Positions 13,509-26,748 of a stretch of 58,513 nucleotides of DNA are shown in pieces. The stretch covers positions 1 to 58,513 of the forward strand of contig NW_026933696.1 of the NCBI RefSeq assembly GCF_032062105.1, in the 5' to 3' direction. The notes beneath the pieces are model-generated. The model saw only the letters and a program-made list of their open reading frames with translations. It did not search any database and was not told the DNA's origin. The first letter of the stretch is position 1. Each line of letters starts with the position of its first letter. A program made the translations under genes and the position numbers. This DNA is from Saccostrea cucullata. Lineage: Eukaryota.

Positions 13509-15664
13509 TACATGTGCGAGTGTGGTATTGTTGCATGTTAAGGAGCATAAATATTAGCAAGGGTAGGTTCCTAATTGGATTATTTTCATTTATCAGGAAC
13601 CAATGGTGTGTGTGTGGGGGGGGGGGGGGCTTTTTCTTTTAAGACTCACCTCTCACGGTTAAGTATGATCTTCGTTCTCAGGATTCACAGTACCAGATGA
13701 ATGTCCCTGCAAATTTTAAAATTAGATATCAAGACTACATAAGCATTTATTTGTCTACCTCTGCGCATGGCCGGATTGCACTCAGACGATTACTAACTAT
13801 AGGAAACAATCCTGCATTTCATAAATGAAAAACATTTTAGATATCTAATGTATTCAGCATTCTTTTTTAAAAGAAATGTATAAATATACCTCTTACTTCC
13901 TTGCTAGATATGGCGTTTCTTGTCAGTATGTGCGTGATTCTGCATCTTCTGCGTTCAAATGGCATGTTATGACATAATCAACTGCGTCATTTTCTATCAC
14001 AACGTATTAAACACTGGTTTTTAATTTGCAATTTCAATATAAATGCCATGTGTTTAATTTATAAATATATATGATTAAGAAATGAACACTTGTTAAACAC
14101 CGGTGATTAAAATAACGATACAATTATAGAAAATATCATAATATTTGTTTCTATTTCCTCTTTAACAGTTTCTGAAAATTTTGAAATTTTGGCACAAAAT
14201 TACTACCAATTAATGTTAATTGTGAATGCGTTTGGTATGATCTAAAGTCAACATATTGCCTTGCTATTCGTATTTTTTTCTGTGTCGATGAATATCTGAT
14301 GCTATATGCGGAATTACTTCGTAAATTAAGACATTGTAAAAATGACAAATTCATACAGCAAATACTAAGAAGCAACACTTAATTTATTTTTTGATTTGAT
14401 GCATATGAATATTACGTGTTTAAGACGGATGATTAAACACCTTACTTATTGAACACCAGTTTAAACATCAGTGTTTATATATAAAACGCAAGTGTTTTGT
14501 ATTTAAACGTACTATGTTTAATTGTAAAACACGACTGTTTAAAAATAAAACACAAGTTAAACATCATTTTTTACAGTGTGGGTTTTACTACACAACAATC
14601 AAAAGTAAAGGTGCTTAATGTTTCCTCTACAAATTAAACAGTTTACACTGAAGTCTTTTTTCCATTTACAAACATACTAATTACAGGCCAGTAATTTATG
14701 CATTAATTTAAAATTAAACTCTGACACATCCATATTAAAAAAATTCTTTGACTTTTTCCATGTAAATGTTCTCCCATAAGTGGAAATCATCAATGTTAAA
14801 TATCTTAGCCCAAAATCTTCCCATTATAGGTTTTTTTGATGCTTTGGGTAACAGAATATTGTAGAAGAGTTTAGATTTTTTGCCCTCAACTTATTCAAAA
14901 TATTGTTGAAAGTTGAAGCGAAGCTGTGGATTACATTTATTTGCTTTACATTGTAGGTTTATTTTTGGGATATGATTTTTAAATTAACCTTTCACAATCA
15001 TATGCTCACAAAGGTAATTTTGCTATCATATTAATTTTTCTTTAATATTGTTTTAAACCCTTGTTCATTAAAGAGATCATTAACATATTTAAAACCAAAA
15101 TTATCAAAAACTATTGCATGTGATTTCAATATCATCAGAGAATTGTCAGAAAAATTATGAAATTATATATTATATATTGACCCAAAGGTGACCTGGCCTT
15201 AGGGGTTTATTTTCGTAGGGGGAAATGTGGACTTTTATGTGTTGGTGTCCCCTACGATTATCTCTTATGAAATTGAATCTGTTTGTTTTCTTAGTGTTAA
15301 ATATATATGAAAATTTTGTTTTGAGTACATGTGGAATATTATGCTATCTTTATATACATATTACTGTATTTGTTCAATAGTTCTATTTTATAGATGTGTG
15401 ATGAAATATACTAATTCTTTCTATCTGATCCTGGGAGCTCCTGGCAACCCAGGTAAAGATATATTTCTGAGGGCCTCCGAGGAGGTATTACCTCCACTTT
15501 TTATTAATATAGTATTGAAATAAAAAAAAATTCAAACCTTTTTTCCTCTTATTTCGTTTTCATAATAATATCTTGTTTTCTTTTAATGTAAAGGAATTTG
15601 AATTTATAATATTTCTTAAATATAATTAAGATAATTTAATTTAAGTTATAGTTTTTATGTTACA

Positions 15665-16344
15665 CTTTTTTAAACAATATTTTATTATGAATAAACATAA
15701 TAGGATTGGACAGCAGGCACTGCCTATATAAGTTCTTTCCACAATACAAGGTCAAAATCATACATGTACAATTAAACATTATTAATATAACATTGAAAAA
15801 TCTAAATATATACATGCATATATTCAGTAGAAATGTATATGACAAGGCAAATTAAGGAGAACAAAAAAAGAGAAATATATGAGCTGATAATATAATTTAA
15901 ATTTTATATTTTAACATATATGACTGGCAATTATATTAATTATTTTATAAATTTAAAAAATGAATAAGAAAACATAAATAGGTTTTGGTTCTGTGATTTG
16001 ACAATTGAAAAACAAAGGCAGATAAAATATCATGCAAATCGCTTTGTAGTTGCAATAAATTCCTGAACAAGTTTAAATATTGCAATATTTTGGTTGTATG
16101 TAAGATTATTGTCTCCATTTAGAATAAGTTGTAAAGATAAAGACATTGGTAATTGCAAAGTATTAAAGTTTTGTATTAGGTTCTGTCTTTGCATACAGTA
16201 TTTTGGACAATTCATAAAAAAGTGATATGGTGTTTCTGAACTAAACCCGCTCATGTCACAACTTTTATCTTCCTTTAAAAAATGATTAAATAAGTCAGCA
16301 TTTAAATTACTAGCATTATTTCGCAACTGACAATGCAATTCCAT
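15665..16344 (-). mobile_element. 5'-truncated CR1/L2-type LINE 3' end (ORF2 C-terminus + 3' UTR)
   Basis: The peptide HCQLRNNASNLNADL...HFFMNCPKY...FIATTKRF is homologous to the C-terminus of the LINE at 21600-21933; both share the 3' UTR motif ACTTATATAGGC..GCCTG.TGTCCAATCC and an AATAAA/A-rich end. Confidence 0.85.
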
Positions 16345-17229
16345 TTTTGTTTTTGAAACATTTTTGTTTCAAGTGTTCTCAGTTTGTTATTTATCTCTAA
16401 CAATTTAAGAATCAATAAAAGATAGCAAAGAAGACAGACCAGACAATTCTAAATACCACGAAGGCACCATTTTTAACTGGATTAATAAAAGTGCAGAAAA
16501 AATAGTTAAGAATTTTTTTTCATCTGATAACAAAAGTCAATGGCTGAAATGCATGACCTTTCAATAAAGACGGCTGGATATGGGGTATAAATAAGAATTT
16601 ACCCACAAATAAAAAAAAATAGACAATGAAGGGCCTCATTTTAAACAGTGAAAGGGTTCTTATTAACAAGCTTGTAAACAGAATATGAAAGAAAATGAAG
16701 ACTTAAAATTTTGTCTGACATATGAATTACTTCATATACCACGTCATTACATTGAATGAAAAATCAGCATTTATCCCTGCTTTGGTTTGAAAAATTATTA
16801 ATATCAATGATATATTCACCAACAACATGTTAAGCGTAATTATTTCGAGCAGGGGATTTTGATTCGATATGACATGACTATTGTAGTGGTAGCAGACATA
16901 TCTATTTGTGAGCACAAAGTCGGGGTATTTGTTTACGGAAATGGCGTAAGTTTATACTATATAGAATAGTCCAATTATAATATGACAGTCTTCTCCTTAG
17001 CAGCCATGGTCTGCTGATTACCTGTTAGTTGTATGTCTGAGGCCATCAGAGCATCACGCAAGATGATTTAGGGATATTTAATTAAAAAGCTTGAATTATC
17101 TTATTTTCCGATTAATTTGTTAAAATATGAACTTCTGTCAATTCTTGTCACTTCTTGATTGGAAATGACGGCACGCATAGTTATAATACGTCTTTTTCAT
17201 TCCGGTGGCTTTTTTTTGGAGGGAGATTA

Positions 17230-17460
17230 GCATTTTTCGGTGTTCATAGACGTAAACCTTTTCACAATTTCAATGCTTCTCTAGAACCACTTTTCCAATT
17301 TTAACCAAAGTTAGCACAAAGTACCCTTGGATGGAGGATATTCAAAATTATTCAAATAAAGGGCATCACCCTCTTCTAAGCGGAGAAATAAATTTAAAAA
17401 GAAAGAATAAAAACGGTGGAATTATTTGAGAATTTTCCTCTCAAGAACTAGGCCTGAAGA
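17230..17460 (+). mobile_element. Degenerate 5' fragment of a Helentron-associated non-autonomous element (HINE-like)
   Basis: GTAAACCTTTTCACAATTT...CTAGAACCAC...AACCAAAGTTAGCACAAAGTACCCTTGG resembles the reverse complement of 38700-38840. Confidence 0.55.
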
Positions 17461-17610
17461 GATTTTATTAATTTTTAGTTAACAGAATGTTAAAAACAAT
17501 TCTAGTGTACATACAAGTCTTCCAGGTCTAAGAAATCGCCTGCTTACCAACCTCAGACTTTGTGTTTCATACCAAATGGGTCATCTACAGATGAAAAAGA
17601 GGCATTAGTG

Positions 17611-18574
17611 GGTCCGTGTAACACTTAACAATTCAAATTTCTAAAACGATTTAGAGTTTTGGAATGTTAATATATTACTTCAAATATCTAACTTTCAAAA
17701 ACTCAAACTGATTTGGTATATTGAAATTTAATATTTTAGTTCAAACACCTACGGTAACTTTCAAATTTCTAAAAAGGTTTTAGAATTTGATTATTTTAGA
17801 TTTTTACCTTAAATGTTCAAAATTCAAATTTCCAAAAACGATTTTTGTATTTTAAACGTTTGACATTTTATTATATCGTTTGTTTAGAAAGTTTATGCTT
17901 AACAATCTAAATTTCGGTAGCATTTTCGTCTTTTGAATATTTAAAATTTACTTCAAACTTCCAACTTTCAAACGCTTTCAACTTTGAGAAATTTAGAATT
18001 TTGATATAAAAACTCAACTTTTAAATAACCAAAACACTTTGTACATTTTGAGTTTTTAGAAGTTTACTTCAATTATCCAAAATATCAAATTCCATAACTG
18101 GTTTAAATGTTGGATATTTAAAGTAAAATTCTAAAAACTCAAAGTGTTTACGTTATTTGAAATTAGAACATTTGAATCAAAATTCTAAATTTCTAAAAAT
18201 CTATAGCGTTTCAAAGTTGGAGTTTAGAAGTTTGAAGCTAATTTCAAATACCCAAAAGGCGAAAAATATTACCGAACTTTAGATTGTTAAGTGTAAACTT
18301 TGTTAACAAACGGTAGATTAAAATCTCAAAAGTTTAAAATACAAAATTTGTTTTTGGAAATTTGAATTTTGAATATTTAAGGTAAAAATCGAAAAACTTA
18401 AAATTCTAAAACTTGTTTGGATATTTGGAAGTTTTGATTTTTGAAGTGAAATGTTAAATTTCAATATACCAAATCAGTTTGAGTTTTTGAAAGTTAGAAA
18501 TTTGAACTAATATATTAACATTCGAAAACTCTAAATCGTTTTAGATATTTGAATTGTTAAGTGTTACACGGACC
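17611..18574. mobile_element. 964-bp foldback MITE with ~400-bp TIRs and 6-bp TSD
   Basis: GGTCCGTGTAACACTTAACAATTCAAAT...ATTTGAATTGTTAAGTGTTACACGGACC; TTAGTG on both flanks (17605-17610 and 18575-18580). Confidence 0.9.
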
Positions 18575-19094
18575 TTAGTGAAACACCGACGTCCCTGTAT
18601 GGCAGCTTAGCAGCTAAATTAATTTCTAAAATGCAAGTCAAACTCCACGACCAAAAATAGAAAAAAAACAAACAAACCCAAAGAAAGGTCTTGAAAAGAG
18701 GAAAACAAAATTTAAGGCCAACTTTCAAATTATGTCAATCACTCCAAAGTTCAAAATTGTTAGTTTTCAAAAATTCCCATTTTGAATAAAAGATCTCGAA
18801 CTTATGTTTTTAAAAAATTATGACTGAGGCACGTTTAAAAAACTAACTAAACTCCAAGGTTAAGGTCTAGGGATCAAAATTTATTTTAGTTTCGTTTCTT
18901 TTGTATTTCCCTTTACTTTTTACCTTCTTTTGAGAAGCTTTAACCTTAACCACAACTCCTCAGTAATTTGCACTAGGTCATTCATCTTTCTCCGATGTTT
19001 TCCTTGAAATAATTTCTTTCTTTCAATTTTATCTTTGATCCTGACCCCTCTTGCTCTTCTTTAATTCCAGTGACTAAAATAAAAAAAAACCTGA

Positions 19095-19200
19095 AAAAAT
19101 GGAGAGAACATATATAGGCCCTTGGCCTGCTGTTCAATCCTTGTTCATTGTATACTTCTATAGTATATTATGAATAAAATACTTCTTAAACTAAATTAAA
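19095..19200 (+). mobile_element. Very short CR1-type LINE 3' end
   Basis: GGAGAGAACATATATAGGCCCTTGGCCTGCTGTTCAATCC...AATAAAA, the same motif as 22406-22442. Confidence 0.6.
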
Positions 19201-20163
19201 ATTTGTAAACTCTATTCAATTCTACAACTGGTTGTTCATAAAATTATTTGTTGCTTCTTCGAAATTGCTCAGTTCTATTTCATTATCTTAATAATTTGTG
19301 CACGGCTTTCCTCTGTGTGCCTATTATTATTTTAGACTTTATTTTTACTAGTTCAGTTAGAGAATTTAAATCAGACGACATAAATTTAACAGCTGCGGGG
19401 GACTTAGGTTAAGCGCCATACATGTTTCTAATCTGTCTTGCATTGTCATGATTAATTCTGTTTACATTATTGCACATTGTAAGACAGCTATGAATAATAA
19501 TGCAGGTCTTTCTGTCAAGGTATTTCCATTTTTTTAATTAATGCATCAAAGTCTTGAAAGAAATGCATTAAGTTAACAAATTAACAGTGAATTCAAGAGA
19601 CATTATATTTAAAATCCTCAATATTTGAATATTTTAAAAAGGAAATAAGTATCTGTAATCAAAGACGAGAGTAAGTTAAGTAACTACATGTAAAGATTGG
19701 ACTCATCAAAATAGCTGTGTTCAAAATACTCACGTTAATCCAGGGACCTATACTAACAAGCAAATTCAAAGAATTGTGGTCTCCCGCTTTCGGTGTCTTT
19801 GTGGGTGAGATGTTATTTTTTATGACATATTGTGTCTAATATGAACACCCTATCACGTGTCATTTATTTAGATATTAACACTGAAGTTGATTTTTTTTTT
19901 TAAAGAATAAGGTCAATCGTGAAGGTCAAGGTCAAGGGGTATATGAAATCATAGCATGCTCGGAATTATCTTGTCACAGGTAATGCACATGTCATATATG
20001 AAATAGACTTTTAAACAAACAAAACACTGAAAACAGTCCTCACAAAAACAGTAAAAACAAAATATAAACATAAATTAAAAAAAAATCAATGGAGGATTAG
20101 CACCGGAATTCCAAGTATTGATGGATTAGTTTAGGTACCGGAAGTTCCTGTACATACTTAAGT

Positions 20164-22493
20164 TTTTTAATAAGTCATTTGAATTAAAACGTTTACCTAA
20201 TGTGTGGAAGCAAGCTAATATTACCCCAGTTTTTAAGGGTAAAGGTAGTCCTGACTTAGTAAATAACTACAGGCCAATTTCACTAACTAGTGCTGTTTGC
20301 AAAATTATGGAAAAAATTATTTTTAAATATTTGTACAATTTTATATTAGAAAATAATATCTTAACAAAATACCAGTCGGGTTTCCAACCTAATGACCCAA
20401 CTGTCAACCAATTATGGAAATTTATAATACAATTATATCTAATCTAGATAAAGGCAAAGATGTCAGATTCATTTTTTGTGATATTTCAAAAGCTTTTGAT
20501 AGAGTTTGGCATAAAGGTCTACTTTTTAAATTCAAATCTTATGGAATTCAAGGTACATTACTAAAATGGATAGAAAATTACTTAGATGATAGAGTTCAAG
20601 GAGTGGCTGTAAATGGGTTCTTTTCAAATTTTAAACCTATATCAGCTGGTGTTCCTCAAGGTTCTGTTCTAGGTCCTTTTTTATTCCTCCTGTATATTAA
20701 TGACATAACTGATAATTTAGTTAATAATACCAGGCTATTTGCAGATGATACATCACTGTTTATAGTGGTAGATAATGATGTTAATGCAGCCGCAGTATCA
20801 CTTACATCTAACTTAGATAAAATTAATAAATGGGCCTTAGCATGGGGTGTGGATTTCAATCCAACCAAAACCTGTAATGTAAATTTTACAAGAAGTTCAA
20901 ATAACCATCCCCCTGTCCAATTTGGCTGTAATTGTAGCATTATTAGTGAATCTAGGTCACACTGCCATCTTGGACTTCTTTTCCAAAGTGATGCAAAATG
21001 GACATCTCATTTAAATAATTTATACGAAAAAGCTTGTTCTCGACTAAATCTTTTAAGAATGTTGAAACATCTGCTAGATAGAAGTGCAATGGTAAAAGTC
21101 TATTTTGCTTTTATTCGACCCATCTTAGAATATGGTAGCATTGTTTGGGATAATTGCTCACAAGAACTCTCAAATCTTTTAGAAAATATTCAAGTAGAAG
21201 CTGCTAGAGTAATAACAGGACTCAGGAAAAATTCATCTAGAAATGCTTTGTATTTAGAATTAGGTTGGGAACCATTAAATAAGAGAAGGGAAAGACAAAA
21301 ACTCTTGTTGTTCTATAAAACTGTTTATGGATTACCCCCCTTTATTTACAAGAAATGGTCACACCTTTTATGCCACCAAATCATGGTTACAATCTTAGAA
21401 ATATTGATAATTTTAATTTTGTTATGCCTCAAGCAAGGACAGTCTCATATTTCAACAGTTTTTTGCCTTCTACTATTAAATTATGGAACAATTTACCACT
21501 TGAAACAAAATGTATTGAATCTTTTTCATGTTTTAAAAATGTCTTAAAGAAACCTGCTGCAGATAGAATAAAGGATGTTAAAATCTTTCATTATGGCAAT
21601 CGCAAGGAAAACATTATACATTGTCAATTAAGAAATGAATCTAGTAATTTAAATGCTCACCTGTATAATCAATACTTAAGTGAAATAGCATCTTGTACTA
21701 AGTGTGGATATCTGAACGAGTATAATTATCATTTTTTCTTAAGATGTCCTGCCTATTATAATCAGAGAATGATACTTTTTGAAAGTCTTCAGAGTTTAAT
21801 AGAATTAGAAACAATGTCTCCTGATCAAATTTTGAATATTTTGCTAATTGGTGATAGGCAACTACCTTATAAAATTAACTGTTCAATTTTTGAAGCAGTC
21901 CAACTGTACATCAAGTCTTCAAAAAGATTTTGATAGTATTTTGTAATTAAATAAAAAACAAATCCAGATATTTCTTATTTTTTCTACTTATTTCAAGTCT
22001 CAGCATTTCCATTTTCCATGTATATGTTGTATTTTTCATGGTAATTTGTCTTTGCACTTTATTATTTTTCTCTTTACTCTGTCATTGCTTGAATTTATTT
22101 ACTTTTAAATGTTACTATTTCCTTCTATTTTGTATTTTCTTAAATATTAGTTCTTTGCACTTTACGTATTCTGTTTTGCTGTTTTGTTTGCACTTCTTTC
22201 TTTATTTTTTATATTTTTTTCTATTTTGCATTATATTGTATAGCGAATATGCATAAGCTTAGTAATAATTCTTCTGTATAATTTAATTCAATTTATTTCC
22301 TTTTTTCCCACCGTTAGTTAACAAAAGAATTTAATGTAACTTATAGGGAATATTTTCATCATTGTAATTTTTTGTCAGTTCTTAACATTTGTAACCTTGA
22401 CCTTAGAGAGGACTTATATAGGCCATGCCTGATGTCCAATCCAATTATGTAATCTTACTTTACATAATAAAATATTGATTAAATAAATAAAAA
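20164..22493 (+). mobile_element. 5'-truncated CR1/L2-clade LINE, ORF2 reverse transcriptase with two frameshifts, plus 3' UTR
   Basis: NYRPISLT, DISKAFDRV, GVPQGSVLGPFLFLLYIND, LFADD and a C-terminal C..C...HFF..C motif across ORFs 20202-20447, 20414-21547 and 21355-21933; 12-bp TSD ACATACTTAAGT at 20152-20163 and 23212-23223. Confidence 0.95.
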
Positions 22494-23203
22494 CGCTGCA
22501 TTTCATTTCCGGAAATCTGCATAGCATTTCCGACATTTTTTATTTCATTTCCGACATTTTTTGTTTTCATTTCCGACATAATTTTGATACCATTTCCGGA
22601 ATTTACCTGTGCATCAATTTAATGTTTTCCTTGTCAGCGAAAATGAAATTTTAAAAGTATTTATTGCAAAATATTGATTTTAAATAGTTTTTTTTTTTTT
22701 TAAATCTATTTATTATATACATATATGCATACATGTAGCAATAAGTCTAGGTTAAAGAATTCAATGAACCAAACTTTTGTCCAACACTTGATGTACTCTT
22801 ATCCAGTTTTTACTCCGGTTGATAATGCACTCATCACACAGCTCAACACAGGGCTTTATTTTTTCTGCTTTACATCTGCGCAGAGTAATTCAGTAAACAT
22901 TGAGTCAATCTCTCAAACTTTAATTAAGGTAGTTGTGTTCATTTTGCCACAGTCGATTCATTGATAAATTTACAAAAAACTCAGAAATTGGATTTCAATA
23001 ATTTATTTATTATATGTTTTCTTTTAGATTTTTCAAGGTAAAGTCTTCAAATCTGTTACTAAAGGTACTATCTGAAAAATGTCGGAAATGAAAACAAAAA
23101 AATGTCGGAAATGAAAACAAAAAAATGTCGGAAATGAAAACAAAAAAAATGTCGGAAATGAAAAGTTGATAATTACTCAATATTCCGGAAATGAAATGCA
23201 GCC
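22494..23203. mobile_element. 710-bp MITE inserted in the LINE poly(A) tail
   Basis: TIR GCTGCATTTCATTTCCGGAA / TTCCGGAAATGAAATGCAGC with inverted ~23-bp subterminal repeats CATTTCCGACATTTTTT; A-rich flanks. Confidence 0.85.
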
Positions 23204-24714
23204 AAAAAAAAACATACTTAAGTCTCCCAAACATCACCTAATCAGAAGCCTAGAAAAGAAAAAATACGACAACTTTCCTTTGCTTTGTAAAATAAGTCTC
23301 TTTTCAGTCATGTTCAAAGAAATACCGGTATGTTGCTATTCCTTAAATTTAAGAAAACAGGGGAAAAAAACCTTATGTATTTCGCTGATTCTTGCAAACA
23401 TTTGTAATTCTGTGTTTTCTATGTCTGCTATTCAATGTTATTTGTGTCTCACACCATAACGCCATACACGGTGTATGTGAAATCTTAATCTTATTAATCT
23501 TTTTTTTTAAAATAATGCTTGCCAAGTCAACTAATTATATTTAAAAAAACAGCGTCTAAATCTGAAGACCGGAAGAATATCAGCTGTAGGGGACTAATGC
23601 ATGGAAACCAGAAAGGTGGTTTATCAAACAAGTTTTTTTTATCACTGTCAACATGTACAGTTTAAGGGCATACGCAATGTACCTTACCCATTGATAATTT
23701 TTTAAGATGTTCTTAATTTAAGAATATATAAAATGTTCATAGATAAAAATTAGCACGCATTCCCAAGGGTTTTTGAAAGATATTAAATGATGAAAATTTT
23801 TTGATGATTCAAAGAAAAATATATTAAAAAAAAATACTGAAGATATATTCTAGATGTTTCTTTTATGAATCGTTACAGAAGTGTACAACACCATATATAG
23901 AAGTTGAAAGATAACACACAGTTCCTTTAAGATTTAGAACTCTTCAACTCGATGGAAAAAAACAAAAAAGTTCAAACTATTTTGGTTCATTGGTAGAAAA
24001 CAGTTTGCTACAATGATTAATGCTCGGTTTGCTCTCAGTTCCTCAGCAAGTACATTTTAACATTATCATCTATAATTATTTCTAAACATGCTTTAATAAC
24101 TTGGTTTTTTATTTGTCATTTACATTCTTTTCCAAGAAATGCAAAAATAATTTGAACGAACATATGTAACTAGAATTTTTTTCTTGAGGAATTTTTAAAA
24201 GTCTAGAATGTTGGAATGATTCTACAAACAAAATAATTAAATGAACATCAAATGAAATCCAAGTTGATGCGTGAAAATGATTTGTGTCCAAAAGATTAAA
24301 TTTGTACCGACTTCCGTAGATTCCTGGAACTAATTGTTTAAAAAGAAAGATCAGATTAATACCAATGAAACAAAGCAATCAATATTAATCTGCTTTTCCA
24401 AAGTAAAGCAGTTTAAAGTTTCAATTAGTACAAGAGGAATAACTCCTATTCAAAATAAAAACAGGCAACTTTATAACATTATCCTGTTTTTGGTTTTTAA
24501 TATATTAAACCATATTTAATCTTGCATGGGCCATACTTAAAGCAATTGCTAGTACTGTAATTAAAAATTGTACGTGTATAAGTATATATATTTCAAAAAG
24601 ACATTCTTTTTCATCCCTTGAATTCAAAAGTATGCTTGTAAATACTGGTGAACCATCTATAAATGCTTTCAGTCACTCTATTATGGACTAAAGATAAGAA
24701 TAAAATGGGAAATG

Positions 24715-24960
24715 GTTGTTCATAGGTAGAGCATGCTCTTTCGTATCGAATCAACTGAGATACATGTACATTGTATATATACTCCGCTTTCAGGTGATGA
24801 AGGTGTATTGCTGCATAAGTAAGGGAAAATGACGATAAAAAAGTTAAAGTTGTCACGTTTATCATATAGCTTGTTTGTTATAGATTACCATTAACATCTT
24901 TTTCAAGTAAAATATCCAAGTATGAAACAGATGCGTCAAACTCTGTGTTATATTTTAACC
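24715..24960 (-). mobile_element. Penelope-like retroelement RT C-terminal fragment, unit 1 copy
   Basis: Paralog of 40620-40860; peptide SYLDILL...KLYDKRDNFNF...SQLIRYERACS. Confidence 0.7.
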
Positions 24961-25420
24961 GATACACACAATTACAAAATTTTCCGACTTCATAATTTTC
25001 CTCTCAAAATTATAAATCTCTGATATTTCCTCTTTCAAGCCAAAAATTAACTCACAAACGAACATACACTACATGTACAGCAGTTGCATTTTACTGTTTT
25101 GCAAAATAAATCTTTTTTAATGGATGGATTATAAATCCTTATAATTTTGTTAAAAACCTCCAAATAGCGTTCCAGCAGTAATTTCTTGTACTATTAAAAA
25201 TATGAAGAAAAGGAAATATAAATAATCCTGATTTAAAATTGATACATAGTTATATCATTTAAGAAATAATGAAATAAAATAACGAATATATTATCTTAAT
25301 ATTTCAAATAATGCTGCTATCTAAATAGCATGCAAACTGGAAAAGCTTAATATGAAGGTAAACATAATAACTAATTCAGTGAAGCTTTTCGCATCTTTCT
25401 TTCCCTGTCAAGGAATAAAA

Positions 25421-25999
25421 GAAGAAGGTATGGTTTTAGCTTTATTGCACCCTGAAAATGTAATGACATCAAAAAGTTTTGAAACTGGCTTAAATATTAG
25501 TTAAATAAATGACTCTGATAAATCAGGAAAGAATATGGCATGAAGGTTTACCATTCTGCAAATATGACGTCATTAATGTGAAGCATTTCTCTATTTTCAA
25601 AAGAAAAAGCCTCAAATCGGCACATGTCAAGGGTGATTTTCCTTTAGAAAACAATGTCCACAGCCGTCGCCCACGTTAATTTTTTGATATCTTGTGCAAA
25701 ATTCAATAACAAATCACAGATCTCAAGATCTTTGTGGGCGATGCCTGTGGACAATGTTATCTGAAAGAAAATTTCATTGAAAATTGGTGTCTTCTGCAAC
25801 TTTTTAAGAAAATACGGGAAAATGCACATGTTTATGACGTCATAATTAGCATTTAAAAACACATATGAGAAAAATGACTTGTATAATTTTTCTGCATTGA
25901 ATTTCAATTATTTAAAAAGCACGAGTTTTCAACTTTTACATCAGTTTCATTTTTTAGAAAATCACAGGGCAAAATTTGTATGGAAACCATACCTTCTTC
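25421..25999. mobile_element. Spy-type (PHIS group) non-autonomous DNA transposon, 579 bp
   Basis: TIR GAAGAAGGTATGGTTT / AAACCATACCTTCTTC, inserted between AAAA and TTTT; the paralogous empty site ATAAAA|TTTTATTTTTT at 41331-41347 shows no duplication. Confidence 0.85.
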
Positions 26000-26748
26000 T
26001 TTTATTTTTTAGCTCCCGTTAGACTTTCTTTATTTAAACAGTGTCCTCATTAACAATCTTTGACCAAAGTTCCACTTAATGCTATGTTCTTCTTTTGGTT
26101 GATGCAATAGCCAGATTGCATAGTGCATTTTTCAATGAAAATCTAGCCGACATATTTTGAAGCAGTGTATAGTTGACCTATGGATAAAATTTTTATTGAA
26201 TAGTCTTTCTATTTATTTCGTATGGACATTTCAGTCATCTAAAGCCCCCTCCCCCAGCCAACAAACGCATACATTGTACACACACGTTTATTTATTTGTT
26301 CATTTATATTTGAGAATAATACTCATTCTTGATGAGTCTACATCATAAGAATAAGATTATTTAAAAACAAATAAATGCAATTAAATTAAATAAAAATCAG
26401 AAAAGTCCAGACAGGACATAAAATAAATTAATACATGTATTTCTCACGGTCTCTAAGACCAACAAGGAAGATTTTTTGTCTCTCATGGAAAAGTCAGAGA
26501 GGATGTGAATCAAATTGTGTATTATGCAATTTATATATTACCTTTATTTTCCACCAAATATATTTATTCTAAAATTCTAAACAATGTATGTATGGGAAAC
26601 AATCCAGGGCAGAGAAAACAGGTGCAAAATGCTATAATTATTCGCAATTCAACCAATGAGACTCCGAAAGCGGGGGAAATAAATATCTCAGTTTGCTTGC
26701 TTTAATTACTTATTGCATCTGAAACTTTTTCAGATCTAACGTGTAAAA

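Larger units (their letters stand above)
11367..14578. mobile_element. Non-autonomous CACTA/EnSpm(CMC)-like DNA transposon, ~3.2 kb
   Basis: TIRs CACTGTAAAAAA...TTTTTTACAGTG; 2-bp TSD TG (11365-66 and 14579-80); dense subterminal AAACAC/GTGTTT repeats at both ends; no transposase ORF. Confidence 0.8.
20097..23243 (-). pseudogene. SOCS-box terminal exon copy 1, split by a LINE insertion and partly deleted
   Basis: 20097-20163 reads LKYVQELPVPKLIHQYLEFRC* on the minus strand and continues at 23212-23243; homologous to 39326-39453. Confidence 0.75.

Noticed and set aside
20202-21933. Bacterial retron/CBASS-like association of an RT with cGAS-like genes
   Set aside because: The RT is a typical truncated CR1-clade LINE with TSD and poly(A), and the cGLRs have spliceosomal introns; the proximity is incidental
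26157-26705. Short ORFs repeated at 41487-42056
   Set aside because: Duplicated non-coding upstream DNA, non-ATG starts, indels between copies
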